This document shows positions 8,275 through 15,727 of a stretch of 18,228 bases of DNA, in pieces. Position numbers and translations under genes: made by a program. The DNA comes from Armatimonadota bacterium (GTDB taxonomy: Bacteria > Sysuimicrobiota > Sysuimicrobiia > Sysuimicrobiales > Humicultoraceae): positions 1 to 18,228 of the forward strand of contig JBBIJB010000050.1 in NCBI GenBank assembly GCA_037446215.1, read 5' to 3'. How positions within the stretch are numbered: position 1 is the stretch's first letter; each line of letters begins with the position of its first letter. The notes beneath the pieces were generated by a model. It was given only the letters and a program-made list of their open reading frames with translations, did not search any database and was not told the DNA's origin.

Positions 8275-9851
8275 CAGGGCTCGGCGGCTGTGAAGAGCTC
8301 GTTCTCCCGGAGGAAGCTCGCCAGGAGCAGCCGCAGGTACGGGCTGTCGAGCTGGCTGCGGTACTCCTGCATCGCGGCCTGCTTGAGGGCCAGCTCGTCC
8401 GGCTGCAGGTCGAACCGGAGCCAGCGCCAGGAGTCGCGCAGCGACTTCGGGGGCAGCAGGGGCGTGTCCGGGGCGTGCCGGAGCGGCCTGGGGAAGTCCC
8501 ACGCATGTATAAGGAAGGTGTAGAACCTCGGCTCCGAGAGCGCACCCCGCGCGGTCGCGGAGCGGATCGCCCTCCTCACGAACAAGTTCAGCGCCCTGTG
8601 GTCGCGGTGACGGTCGGCCTCGTGGTGGGTCAGGATGACCGTGGGACGCGCGTCCGCGATGACCGCCTCGAGATCGGAGGTGATGTCCGCCCCGGTGTAG
8701 GGGGCCCCTGCCCGGTACGACCTCTTGTAGGGAGAGGCCGAGGCCTTCGTGAACGGCGAGAGGTAGGGGGCGTCCCTCTCCCACTTCTCGATGGCCATGG
8801 TCATCAGGCCGCGGTCCGGATACCCCAGGAACGTTATGCTCTCGGGCGCGACCCCGAGCCGGCCCAGCGCCGAGAGAGCCTCCTCCTGCCGGGCCTCGCC
8901 CTCCGCCACGAAATCGGCGGCGCCGGGCAGCAGCTTCTTGCCGGCGATCGCCGCGGCGAGGCGATTCCCGTCGCCGTTCGTGGCGAGGACCACGCGCACC
9001 TCCGCTCCGGCGGACAGGGCCCGCTGCACCAGGCCTCCGGTGGCGATTAGCTCGTCATCGGCGTGTGCCGCCACGATGAGGAACCGGTCCGCGCCCGTGG
9101 GTTCGGGGAACACCCCCAGGGCGCTTCCTACGGCTCGGGTCACAGAGAACAGTCCCATGGAGACGTATACCACCATCGCCGCAATAATAGTAGTAACAGC
9201 CAGGGCCCTAGCCCGCGGCGCCGGGTCTTTGGGCCGCCTGCCTCGCAGCGCCAGAACCTCGACCGTCATCCGGACCTTGCCCTGCCATCCCCTTATCAAA
9301 CCATACTTCTCCTGCTTGCGGGGATGGAACACACCGGTGAGCGGGACCCTGGCGACCTTCCACCTCTCCTCCCACGAGAGCTCGGTCAGCGCCCTCTCGA
9401 ATCCGAAACGCGTCGCGGCGAGACCCGGTCGGACGAGCAGCCTCCGGCGCCTGATAGCACGGATCCCGGAGAGATAGGGGAGTACCGCCTGCAGCAGGTC
9501 GTCCGAGAGCACGCCCACCGCCATGTCGCAGCCGCCGTCTTGCACCGGACGCACCAGCTCCCGTATCTCGCCGGGCTTGAGGCCCTCCAGGTCGGCGTCC
9601 AGCAGTAGAAGCACTTCGCCGCGCGCGCGCCTGGCCGCTGCCATGACCGCGCCGCCCTTGCCCAGGTTCTTCGGTAGGCGGATGACCAGGTCGGCGCCGG
9701 CGGCGGCCGCCGCCTCCGCCGTGGCGTCGGTCGATCCGTCCGAGACGACGATGACCTCGGCAACGCCGGCGGAGCGCCTCGCCGCTGCGATTACGCCCGC
9801 GACCGTGCGTTCCTCGTTGTAGGCGGGGATTATGCAGGATACCGCGGTCAT
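8274..9851 (-). CDS. Fusion: GT2 glycosyltransferase - single TM helix - PIG-L/LmbE family deacetylase (525 aa)
   Basis: ATG 9851 overlaps the upstream stop (ATGA). GT2 motifs IIPAYNEE, VVSDGSTD, NLGKGGA and LLDAD (DxD). Hydrophobic stretch ALAVTTIIAAMVVYVSMGLFSV. PIG-L motifs AAHADDE, TNGD, R.EEA, FLGYPD and DRHRDH. Confidence 0.85.
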   Translation of the reverse strand: MTAVSCIIPAYNEERTVAGVIAAARRSAGVAEVIVVSDGSTDATAEAAAAAGADLVIRLPKNLGKGGAVMAAARRARGEVLLLLDADLEGLKPGEIRELVRPVQDGGCDMAVGVLSDDLLQAVLPYLSGIRAIRRRRLLVRPGLAATRFGFERALTELSWEERWKVARVPLTGVFHPRKQEKYGLIRGWQGKVRMTVEVLALRGRRPKDPAPRARALAVTTIIAAMVVYVSMGLFSVTRAVGSALGVFPEPTGADRFLIVAAHADDELIATGGLVQRALSAGAEVRVVLATNGDGNRLAAAIAGKKLLPGAADFVAEGEARQEEALSALGRLGVAPESITFLGYPDRGLMTMAIEKWERDAPYLSPFTKASASPYKRSYRAGAPYTGADITSDLEAVIADARPTVILTHHEADRHRDHRALNLFVRRAIRSATARGALSEPRFYTFLIHAWDFPRPLRHAPDTPLLPPKSLRDSWRWLRFDLQPDELALKQAAMQEYRSQLDSPYLRLLLASFLRENELFTAAEP

Positions 9852-10516
9852 CTCGGCGGTCCGTGGCTCCAATGCGCGTCCCCGGATCCCTCCCGCCGCG
9901 CCATGAAGTACCTGCCCGTCAACACCTGCTCGGTCCTAACGCTGTCACAGCCCAACTCCCTCAGCCTGCCCGCGAGCGAGCGCACCACCCACGGCAGCAC
10001 CGAGCCCCCGGCGGTGTAGGACATCACCACCCAGCCCCCGGGCCTCAGCACGCGCACTATCTCGTGCGGTACAGGGAATGCGTTCTGCACCGTCACGAGG
10101 TCGAACGCGCCGGCCCCGAACGGCAGCATCGCCGCATCGGCGCAGGTGAAGCCCGCGCGCCACCCTTCCGCGCCGGCGCGCGCCACCGCCATTGCCAGCA
10201 TCGCGGGCGAGAGGTCGACCGCCGCTCCGCGGCACTCCGGGAAGCGCCGCAGCACGACCCCGATCGCCGCCCCGGTGCCCGTGCTTATGTCGAGGGCACT
10301 GCTCGGCGCGGCGGGCAGGTTGTCCAGCGCCGCCTCCAGCGGGGCCAGGTAGCCCTCCTGGTGGAGCACATCGGCGTCGTAGCGCGCGGCCAGAGCGCCG
10401 TATCTGCTCAGCGCGGCCGCCCGCTGCAGCGGGGAGCCGATGAACCGCGAGTTCCAGGCTCCCACCGCCAGGTATACCGTGTCCGTTATGAACGAGCTTA
10501 GCCAGGTCGCCCGCAT
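9848..10516 (-). CDS. Class I SAM-dependent methyltransferase
   Basis: Motif I variant ALDISTGTG, plus VDLSPAML, ADAAMLPF..GAFDLV and EIVRVLRPGG. Confidence 0.85.
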   Translation of the reverse strand: MRATWLSSFITDTVYLAVGAWNSRFIGSPLQRAAALSRYGALAARYDADVLHQEGYLAPLEAALDNLPAAPSSALDISTGTGAAIGVVLRRFPECRGAAVDLSPAMLAMAVARAGAEGWRAGFTCADAAMLPFGAGAFDLVTVQNAFPVPHEIVRVLRPGGWVVMSYTAGGSVLPWVVRSLAGRLRELGCDSVRTEQVLTGRYFMARREGSGDAHWSHGPPR

Positions 10517-10546
10517 CGGCTGCCCCGCTAGGTGTCGCTTCGGGTT

Positions 10547-11758
10547 CTACTCAGGTTCTCTGCCGGGGGGCGGGCTCCTGCCGTCCCAGACGATGCGGCC
10601 TCCCACCACGGTCATCCGCGCGCTCAGCCCCTCGTCGAGGAGGACGAGGTCTGCGCGCTTTCCCGGAGCGAGGCTGCCCCGGTCCCCGTCTATCCGCATG
10701 AAGCGGGCCGGGTTGATGGTGGCGAGCTTCACCGCGTCCCCGAGGCCGAGGCCGACCTCGCGCACCAGCGTCCGCAGGCAGCGGTCCATGGTCGCGATGC
10801 TGCCCGCGAAGAAGCTGCGGTCCGGGAGCTTGGCCACACCGTCCTCCACCAGGATCGTACGTCCCGCGGCGGTGTGCTCTCCCTCCGGGAACCCGGCCAC
10901 GCGGACCGCGTCGGTGCAGACGCACAGCCGATCCAGCCCCTTTGCCTTGATTATGAGACGGATCAGGCTGGGCGGCAGGTGCCGGCCGTCCGCTATCATT
11001 TCGGTCGTAAGTTCGTCCAGGAGGAGGGTGGCCTCTATCACGCCCGGGATCCTGTAGGCCTGAACCCGCCGCAGGCCGGACATGCTCGAGTACATGTGGG
11101 TTACGTGGGTGAAGCCGGCCTCGACCGCGGCCACCACGTCATCGATCGTGGCCGCCGTGTGACCGATCGAGGCGACGATGCCGTTCTGGACGAGCAGCCG
11201 GCCCAACTCCAGTGCCCTGGGAACCTCCGGGGCCACCGACATCCGGCGCACTATGTCGGAGAACGACAGCAGCCGGTCCCACTCCTCCGGGTCGGGCTCC
11301 TTCATGGCGCCCGCGGGCTGGGCGCCGGCCTCCGCGGGCGCGAAGTACGGGCCCTCGACGTGGACCCCGGCGATGTCTGCACCGTCGCGGGTCTGTTGGG
11401 CTGATCGGCGCAGAGCCTCCAGCGCGCGGAGAATCTCCTCCACCGGCGCGGTCCGGAGCGTCGCCAGCACCGAGGTCGTGCCTCCACGGGCGTGGAAGGC
11501 GCAGGCGCGGTCGGTCGCCTCCTGGGAGGCGTCCATGAAGTCGGCTCCATTCCCTCCGTGGACGTGGATGTCGACGAAGCCCGGGACGACGGCATACCCG
11601 GAAGCGTCGACGACGTGGGCGTCGCCGGGAACGGGCGTGCCGGATGAAGGGCCCACCGTCTCGACGCGCCCGTCTCTCGCCACCACCGTGCCGTCCGGAA
11701 TCTCGCGAAAGGGAGTGAAGATCCTGCCGCCCGCAAGGGCCAACGGCTGCGCGGCCAT
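10547..11758 (-). CDS. nagA: N-acetylglucosamine-6-phosphate deacetylase family amidohydrolase
   Basis: PGFVDIHVHG, GGTTS, GVHVEGPY, APE, SIGHT, THMYSSM, IADGRH, TDA, AGS, NPAR and GSLAPGKRADLV. SD GGAGGT lies 8 nt upstream of the ATG. Confidence 0.88.
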   Translation of the reverse strand: MAAQPLALAGGRIFTPFREIPDGTVVARDGRVETVGPSSGTPVPGDAHVVDASGYAVVPGFVDIHVHGGNGADFMDASQEATDRACAFHARGGTTSVLATLRTAPVEEILRALEALRRSAQQTRDGADIAGVHVEGPYFAPAEAGAQPAGAMKEPDPEEWDRLLSFSDIVRRMSVAPEVPRALELGRLLVQNGIVASIGHTAATIDDVVAAVEAGFTHVTHMYSSMSGLRRVQAYRIPGVIEATLLLDELTTEMIADGRHLPPSLIRLIIKAKGLDRLCVCTDAVRVAGFPEGEHTAAGRTILVEDGVAKLPDRSFFAGSIATMDRCLRTLVREVGLGLGDAVKLATINPARFMRIDGDRGSLAPGKRADLVLLDEGLSARMTVVGGRIVWDGRSPPPGREPE

Positions 11759-11773
11759 CTATGCACACCTCCG

Positions 11774-11802
11774 GCGAGGGGGCCGCGCCGCGGCCCCCTC
11801 GC
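11774..11802. other. Perfect 13-bp intergenic inverted repeat (stem-loop) between SIS paralog B and nagA
   Basis: GCGAGGGGGCCGC-gcc-GCGGCCCCCTCGC, with no flanking U-tract on either strand. Confidence 0.7.
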
Positions 11803-11819
11803 TACCCGTCCGCCCCCGG

Positions 11820-12572
11820 CTAGAGGTGCTTCACCAGGGGGCGGTACTTCTCGTTGAACGGCGCGTTGATCTCGTCGGCGCCGGCCATGTTGCCGCTGTA
11901 CCACACCTCCGGCGTCGCGCCGGCCTTCACCACCCGGTCCACCACCTCGGTGACGAGCGCCTGGACTATGTAGGTGTTTATCACGGTGGAGACCGAGGCC
12001 ACCTTCCTGTCGAATCCGTCTATGTCCACCACCGCGTCACCGGGCGGGACGTGGGCGTCTATTACGACGTCGGCGAGGTCGCATAGATTCTGGTTGCTCG
12101 GGTGTCTTGCCGAGATTCCCGGCTCGACGCCCTCGGCGAACTCGCGCGACGTCACGGCGATCACGGTGACGCCCCGCTTGCGGCACTCCATCGCCGTGTC
12201 GATCGTCACCGCGTTGATCCCGTTGACGTTGATCAGAACCAGAAGGTCGCCCTGCTTGACGCGGTAGTAGTCGAGGACGTGCTGCGCGAAGCCTACCACC
12301 CTCTCGGTGTTCGGGTGGCCCTCCAGGTTTGCGATCCCCGGCGGGAAGAGGGGGTTCCAGGCCGCGAGCCCGCCCGCCCTCCAGAAGAGCTCCATCGCGC
12401 CCATGACCGAGTGCCCGCCGGTGCCGAAGACGTGCACCAGCTCGCCCTTCAGCATCTTCTCAGCGACCAGGTCCGCGGCCCGGCCCAGGTTGGCGCGCTC
12501 CTCGCTCCTGACGCGCTCCAGTATGGAGATGCACGACTCGTAGAAGCGGTCCATCGGTGCGGTTGCTGTCAT
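11820..12572 (-). CDS. SIS-domain sugar isomerase-like protein, UPF0309-type (paralog B)
   Basis: AADLVAE, VHVFGTGGHS, E.F.RAGGL, TER, GDLLVLI, VIAVTS, RHPS..NL.D.ADVVID.H.PPGDA and a C-terminal SGN..G...N....EKY...VKHL. AGGAGG SD. Confidence 0.85.
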   Translation of the reverse strand: MTATAPMDRFYESCISILERVRSEERANLGRAADLVAEKMLKGELVHVFGTGGHSVMGAMELFWRAGGLAAWNPLFPPGIANLEGHPNTERVVGFAQHVLDYYRVKQGDLLVLINVNGINAVTIDTAMECRKRGVTVIAVTSREFAEGVEPGISARHPSNQNLCDLADVVIDAHVPPGDAVVDIDGFDRKVASVSTVINTYIVQALVTEVVDRVVKAGATPEVWYSGNMAGADEINAPFNEKYRPLVKHL

Positions 12573-12584
12573 GCGTCGGTCCTC

Positions 12585-13868
12585 CTACTTGTATCCGATG
12601 TCGCGAAGCTGCCGGGCGGCCCACTGCATGGCGTCCTTTGGCTTCATCTGCCCCGTGACGACCTGGGCGAACATGTTCGGCAGCACGAACGTGGCGTAGG
12701 CGGCCTGGGCGCGCCGGTCCGGCGGCGCCGGCCAGCCGGTCAGCCGCTGCCACTTGGTGTAGCCGATGATCCCCTCCAGCTTGGTGTCTGCGCGCCAGAC
12801 CGGGTGCCGGTCGAACTTGGGGTGGGCCGGCATGTTGAACCCGCCGCCGGTCTCGATGTAGCGGTTCTGGTTCGCCTCCTCGTAGAAGAAGCGGAGGAAG
12901 TCCTTGGCCGCCTCCTTGTTGCGGGCGAACTTCCAGATGCCGAAGCTGTAGAAGTCGCCGATGCCGAACCGCCCCTTGGGTCCGAGCAGCGCGCCGTGGT
13001 GGTTCAGGTTGGCGGCGACCTCCGGGGCGGTGCGCTTGGCCGTCACGTAGACGCTGATGGGGTTCAGGGTCCATGAGCCGCGGCCCGACAGGATGAAGCG
13101 GTTGTTCCCCGCGTTGTCCCAGGCGAGTACCTCCCGGTCCATCTGCGGGAAGATCTCCTGGACGTAGGCTATCGCCGCCTCGGTCTCGGGCGACTCGATC
13201 GCCACCACTCCCTCAGGCGTCGCCGTCTTGCCGCCGAACGCCCACAGTATCTGGTAGAGCGTGTTGTTGGCGTCGCCGGCCTGGCTGATAGGGAAGCCGA
13301 TCGGGCGGTCGATCCCCCGCAGCTTCTTGGCCGCGCGCAGCACGTCCGCCCAGCTCGCCGGGTGCCGCTCGCCGACCTGCCTGAAGTAGTCCTCCCGGTA
13401 GGTGCCGTGGAAGGCCACGGTCATCCTCGGCACGGCCTTCCAGCGGCCGTTGAGGAAGCACGCCTGCTTGGCCACGGGATGCCACTGCCCCCAGCGCTTG
13501 ATTATCTCGTCGTTGACGTCGTTGATGTCCTCCAGCTGCCCCTCGACCATGGCGGTCTGCAGGTTCTCGAGCCCAACGATGTCGTGGCCTCGCTGCGCCG
13601 AGACCTCTGCCGCGTGCTTGGCGGCCATCTCGGGGATCGAGACGAAGTCCACGGTGACCTTGACGTTTGCCTTCCTGCCGAACTCGGCGGCCTGCCTCCG
13701 CAGCTCCTCGTCGTTCGCCGAGACGAAGGAGCTGAACATCAGGATGCTCATCTCCCGCTCCTGCCCGAGGGCAATCTGCGGGAAGCGGCTCGTCAGCCCC
13801 AGGCCGTAGGCGGCCCCTGCCGCGCCCGCGGCCTTGACCAACTGCCTTCTGGTCACTCTAGCTGCCAT
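12585..13868 (-). CDS. Carbohydrate ABC transporter (CUT1) substrate-binding protein with Tat signal peptide
   Basis: Twin-arginine motif TRRQLVK followed by a hydrophobic region. SBP family 1 features include YREDYF, P.SW.D, AFGG, WDNAGNN, AAKDFL and F.QVVTG. GGGAGGAG SD. Confidence 0.9.
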   Translation of the reverse strand: MAARVTRRQLVKAAGAAGAAYGLGLTSRFPQIALGQEREMSILMFSSFVSANDEELRRQAAEFGRKANVKVTVDFVSIPEMAAKHAAEVSAQRGHDIVGLENLQTAMVEGQLEDINDVNDEIIKRWGQWHPVAKQACFLNGRWKAVPRMTVAFHGTYREDYFRQVGERHPASWADVLRAAKKLRGIDRPIGFPISQAGDANNTLYQILWAFGGKTATPEGVVAIESPETEAAIAYVQEIFPQMDREVLAWDNAGNNRFILSGRGSWTLNPISVYVTAKRTAPEVAANLNHHGALLGPKGRFGIGDFYSFGIWKFARNKEAAKDFLRFFYEEANQNRYIETGGGFNMPAHPKFDRHPVWRADTKLEGIIGYTKWQRLTGWPAPPDRRAQAAYATFVLPNMFAQVVTGQMKPKDAMQWAARQLRDIGYK

Positions 13869-13942
13869 CTGGATCTCCTCCCTTTGCTGTCGGATCTATC
13901 TGCCCGCTGCCCTGCCGATCTCTCCCCGCCGCGCTTGTCGGA

Positions 13943-14782
13943 TCACTTGATGGCGCCGGCGGTAAGGCCCGAGATGTAGTAGTCGAGCAGGAAGGCGTAG
14001 ATCACGGCGATCGGTACCGATCCCAGGACCGCCCCCGCCATCAGCTCTCCCCAGTAGTACACGTCGCCGCGGATCAACTCCGTGACGACCGCCGGCCCGA
14101 GCGTCTTCTGTGCCGTCGAGCTGACGAATGTTACGGCGTAGATGAACTCGTTCCACGAGAGCGTGAAGGCGAACAGCGTCGCCGTGAGGACTCCCGGGAT
14201 CGCGGTTGGGAGGATGACGCGCACCAGTGCGCCCACGTAGCCGCACCCGTCTATCAGCGCGCTCTCCTCGAGCTCCTTCGGGATGGTGCGGAAGTAGCTC
14301 ATCAGAAGCCAAGTCGCGAAGGGAACAAGGAAGGTCGGATACGAGACCACGAGCGCCCACCGCGTGTCCCCGAGGTTGAGCGCACGCAGGACCTGGGCGA
14401 GCGGTATGAAGAGGAGCGTCGTCGGCACCAGGTATACGGCGAATATCAGCCCGCCCAGGGTCTCGCCCCCGCGGAACCTCATCCTGGCCAGCGCGTAGGC
14501 GGCCAGGGTGCTTATAGCCACCGCGATCGCCGTCGAGAGCACCGCCACGAGCGCGGTGTTGCCCATCCACGTGGCGAAAGCGGTGCGCTCGAACAGGAAG
14601 CGGTAGTGCTCCAGCGTCGGCGCGGACTGGAACCATAGGGGGATCGCCTTGAGGTCGTAGAGCTCCGTGTTCTGCTTCAGCGACGTAATGACCATCCAGT
14701 AGAACGGGAAGAGCAGGACGACCACGAATGGAAGAACGGCCAGGTAGTAGGCCGCGGCCCGGCGCGTCCGGCGGCCTACCAT
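13943..14782 (-). CDS. Carbohydrate ABC transporter permease (MalG-like)
   Basis: FPFYWMVITSLK, the EAA loop IPKELEESALIDG, WNEF and G.TAGAIK. ATG 14782 sits 8 nt after AGGAGG; GTG 14788 is an alternative start. Confidence 0.92.
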   Translation of the reverse strand: MVGRRTRRAAAYYLAVLPFVVVLLFPFYWMVITSLKQNTELYDLKAIPLWFQSAPTLEHYRFLFERTAFATWMGNTALVAVLSTAIAVAISTLAAYALARMRFRGGETLGGLIFAVYLVPTTLLFIPLAQVLRALNLGDTRWALVVSYPTFLVPFATWLLMSYFRTIPKELEESALIDGCGYVGALVRVILPTAIPGVLTATLFAFTLSWNEFIYAVTFVSSTAQKTLGPAVVTELIRGDVYYWGELMAGAVLGSVPIAVIYAFLLDYYISGLTAGAIK

Positions 14783-15723
14783 TCCCACTTCCTCCTCATC
14801 AGGCGCATCTGGTAGAAGACGATGATCATCAGGAACGGCAGCATGAAGAGCGAGGTAGCGGCCCCGCGGCCTATCTCGCCGGTGATCAGGCCGGTCTGGT
14901 GGGCCAGGGTGGCGAGCAGGTGAGTGCTGTTGAGCGGGCCGCCCCTCGTCAGCACGTACACTATGTTGAAGTCGCTTATCGTCATGATCAGGGAGAACAG
15001 GATGACCGTGGCCAGGACGGGCCGCAGCAGCGGTACGGTTATCAGCCAGAAGCGTGTGAACGAGTTGGCTCCGTCGGTCTCCGCCGCCTCGTATATGTCG
15101 TCCGGAACCGAGAGGAGCCCCGCCAGGAGGTTCACCGCGAAGAACGGGATCCCACGCCAGACGTTTACTATTATCACCGAGGTACGGGCGAGGCCCGCCT
15201 CACCGAGCCACTGCAGGTCCGATATGTAGTTGATGGCGCCGAGCTTCACGAGGACCCAGTTGATGACGCTGAACTGGGGCTCGAACATCCACTTCCAGCC
15301 GACCGTGCTGAGCGCGGTGGGCACGATCCACGGCAGGAGGATCGCCGCGCGGATCAGGCGGCTCCCGGGCAGGCGGTGGCGCCCCAGCCCGGCGAGCACC
15401 AGCGCGAGGAGCATCCCGAGGACTACCTTCGCGATCACTGCCGCCGTGGCGTAGATCGCCGTGTTCTTGAGCGTCTGCTGGAAGATCTCCTGGCGGAGGA
15501 GCCTGATGAACTGCCCCAGGCCGACAAACCGGCCCAGGTCGCCGATCACCGCGTCGCTGGTGGCGAGGTAGAGGGCGAGCAGGAACGGGTACCCGACCAG
15601 GACGGCCAGCAGCGTCACGGCGGGAGCCACGAAGGTGTAGGCCGTGGCCGCCTCGGGGCTCAGGCGAAAGGGTCCGGTCCGCCTTCCGGTAGCCGGGGTG
15701 GGCGCCTTGGGCGTAGGTCCCAC
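14776..15723 (-). CDS. Carbohydrate ABC transporter permease (MalF-like)
   Basis: FVGL, LLPWIVP, WKWMF, VWRGIPF, the EAA loop YEAAETDGA, ITVPLLRP and LTRGGP. The start codon is uncertain (see findings). Confidence 0.92.
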   Translation of the reverse strand: MGPTPKAPTPATGRRTGPFRLSPEAATAYTFVAPAVTLLAVLVGYPFLLALYLATSDAVIGDLGRFVGLGQFIRLLRQEIFQQTLKNTAIYATAAVIAKVVLGMLLALVLAGLGRHRLPGSRLIRAAILLPWIVPTALSTVGWKWMFEPQFSVINWVLVKLGAINYISDLQWLGEAGLARTSVIIVNVWRGIPFFAVNLLAGLLSVPDDIYEAAETDGANSFTRFWLITVPLLRPVLATVILFSLIMTISDFNIVYVLTRGGPLNSTHLLATLAHQTGLITGEIGRGAATSLFMLPFLMIIVFYQMRLMRRKWEW

Positions 15724-15727
15724 CTCC

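Noticed and set aside
6035..8545. 836-aa minus-strand ORF
   Set aside because: Arg/Gly/Ala-rich shadow frame overlapping the well-supported MFS, EamA and PIG-L genes; expected in high-GC DNA.
8275..8784. N-terminal extension of the EamA ORF (480 aa in the ORF track)
   Set aside because: It lies out of frame within the PIG-L domain and has no protein-like features. The TGATG coupling at 8274 gives a better start.
8274..9100. Mycothiol or bacillithiol biosynthesis deacetylase (MshB/BshB)
   Set aside because: It is membrane-tethered and fused to GT2 rather than paired with a GT4, and no cysteine ligase is nearby.
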